32,634 bases of DNA from an uncultured Weeksellaceae bacterium (GTDB lineage Bacteria; Bacteroidota; Bacteroidia; Flavobacteriales_D; CAYVSK01), in the NCBI GenBank assembly GCA_964582635.1, contig CAZOSO010000001.1:39222-71855 (forward strand). The letters run 5' to 3'. This document shows, piece after piece, positions 31,426 to 32,634 of this stretch (the stretch's first letter is position 1; every line of letters begins with the position of its first letter). The notes under the pieces are model-generated. The model was not told the DNA's origin and made no database searches. It saw only the letters and a program-made list of their open reading frames with translations. A program made the position numbers and the translations under genes.

Positions 31426-32634
31426 ATGCCCTATTTGGACCCTAATATCACTGTCATCCTTCTGGCCGGTGTGCTGATCGTGTCCTATTTGCTGGACATG
31501 TTGGCTAAACGGACGAACGTTCCGAACGTTCTGATGCTGATCCTTTTCGGGATCCTGATCCATCAAGGGCTCGAATGGTTCGATACGGATAATCCGGATT
31601 TTTCGACGGTCCTGGAAGTATTGGGGATCGTCGGGTTGATCATGATCGTCTTGGAAGCGGCGCTCGATCTGGAGCTGAGCAAGGAAAAAAGATTGTTGAT
31701 CCTGAGCTCCCTGGGAGTGTCTTTCTTTTCTCTTATCATAACCTCCGGCGCTATCGCTGCCCTCCTTCATTTCCTTCTGATCGATGAGCTCCTTTCCTCC
31801 TTGGTCTATGCCATCCCTCTTTCGATCCTGAGCAGTGCGATCATTATCCCCAGCGTGGGTGGGATGGCCAAGAAAGAAAGGGAGTTCCTCGTCTATGACG
31901 GGACTTTTTCCGATATCCTGGGGATCATGTTCTTCTATTTCCTGCTGGAGCATGCCGGGAAAAGCGATTATGCTTCTGTAGCCTTTAGCATTTCCAGCAA
32001 TATTCTGATCACGATAGGCCTTTCCATCCTGCTCAGTTTCACGCTCATTTATTTTTTCCAAAAAATGAAGAGCCATCTGAAGCTCTTTTTGATGGTGGCC
32101 GTGCTATGGCTCTTTTATTCGGTAGGGAAGCTTTTCCACCTTTCCTCGCTTTTGATCATTCTGGTCTTCGGGCTCATCCTGAACAACCATCGCCTTTTCT
32201 TCAGGGGCTTTCTTTCCCGTTTGCGCGAAAAGAAAGCGACGGATCGCACCCTTAAAGACTTGCGTTTGGTGACCGTGGAGTCCGCCTTCGTGGTCAGGAC
32301 CTTCTTTTTCGTCATTTTCGGTATGACGATCCCCCTTTCAAGCTTGGTCGATCTTGAAGTTGCCTTGGTGAGTTTTTTGATCGTCCTGGCCATTTACTCG
32401 ATCCGCTATCTCATGTTGAAGATCTTTCGGAGGGGGAAGAGTTTGCCGGAGCTTTTTATAGCTCCGAGAGGGTTGATCACGATCCTTCTTTTCAATGTGA
32501 TCCCTGAGGAATTTCGAAGTGAGGCTTTTAATGAAGGCATCCTCCTTTATCCGATCCTGATCACGAGCATTATCATGGCCGTTGCACTCGTTCGGAACGG
32601 TAACAAGCTCGAAACGGTTCCCGGTATGACGGTC
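31426..32634 (+). CDS. cation:proton antiporter (Na+/H+ exchanger family), 5' partial, continues past the window end
   Basis: Absent from the ORF track because no stop occurs before the window edge. I translated ATG 31426 through 32634 and found 403 codons with no stop. The product is polytopic (MPYLDPNITVILLAGVLIVSYLLDMLAKRTNVPNVLMLILFGILI...GIVGLIMIVLEAALDLEL...FSDILGIMFFYF...APRGLITILLF), typical of CPA-type exchangers. Confidence 0.8.
   Translation, partial: MPYLDPNITVILLAGVLIVSYLLDMLAKRTNVPNVLMLILFGILIHQGLEWFDTDNPDFSTVLEVLGIVGLIMIVLEAALDLELSKEKRLLILSSLGVSFFSLIITSGAIAALLHFLLIDELLSSLVYAIPLSILSSAIIIPSVGGMAKKEREFLVYDGTFSDILGIMFFYFLLEHAGKSDYASVAFSISSNILITIGLSILLSFTLIYFFQKMKSHLKLFLMVAVLWLFYSVGKLFHLSSLLIILVFGLILNNHRLFFRGFLSRLREKKATDRTLKDLRLVTVESAFVVRTFFFVIFGMTIPLSSLVDLEVALVSFLIVLAIYSIRYLMLKIFRRGKSLPELFIAPRGLITILLFNVIPEEFRSEAFNEGILLYPILITSIIMAVALVRNGNKLETVPGMTV

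Noticed and set aside
31399-32393. ORF-track entries 31399..32076 (-, 225 aa) and 32115..32393 (-, 92 aa).
   Set aside because: Both lie antisense to an uninterrupted 403-codon plus-strand frame (31426 to the window end) that encodes a convincing polytopic cation:proton antiporter. Their products are low-complexity, Q/D/R- or K/R-rich, with no family features, so I treat them as shadow ORFs.

Overview
Gene-dense chromosomal window, about 95% coding by my tally, with no mobile elements, CRISPR arrays, tRNA or rRNA genes. It looks Bacteroidota-like: start codons lack Shine-Dalgarno motifs, exact TAnnTTTG -7 boxes precede several genes, and the families present fit (Reg_prop/Y_Y_Y sensors, TPR-SpoIIE phosphatases, LytTR regulators, MORN-variant repeats). 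I support 21 CDS. Housekeeping genes are a sugar-phosphate nucleotidyltransferase, ferritin, rnr, rpiB, an slyD-like FKBP, a cold-shock protein, dxr, rseP and a partial cation:proton antiporter (not in the ORF track because it runs off the right edge). These are interleaved with an unusually dense set of signalling genes. The main candidate for a new system is a tightly coupled four-gene minus-strand operon at 6171-13428. It encodes a YfiR-like DUF4154 periplasmic protein, a secreted TPR-like protein, a membrane HAMP-SpoIIE/PP2C phosphatase, and a 14-blade beta-propeller/Y_Y_Y sensor fused to a class III adenylate cyclase and an HD phosphohydrolase domain. A second module at 16362-22857 couples a secreted MORN-variant repeat protein to a soluble kinase with about nine PAS modules and a LytTR regulator. 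Upstream of that module lies a 495-bp gene-free region (22858-23352) packed with GATC-containing short repeats. GATC, and especially GGATCC and CGATCG, is strongly over-represented across the whole window in both coding and non-coding DNA. All family assignments come from motif recognition by eye; no searches were run.
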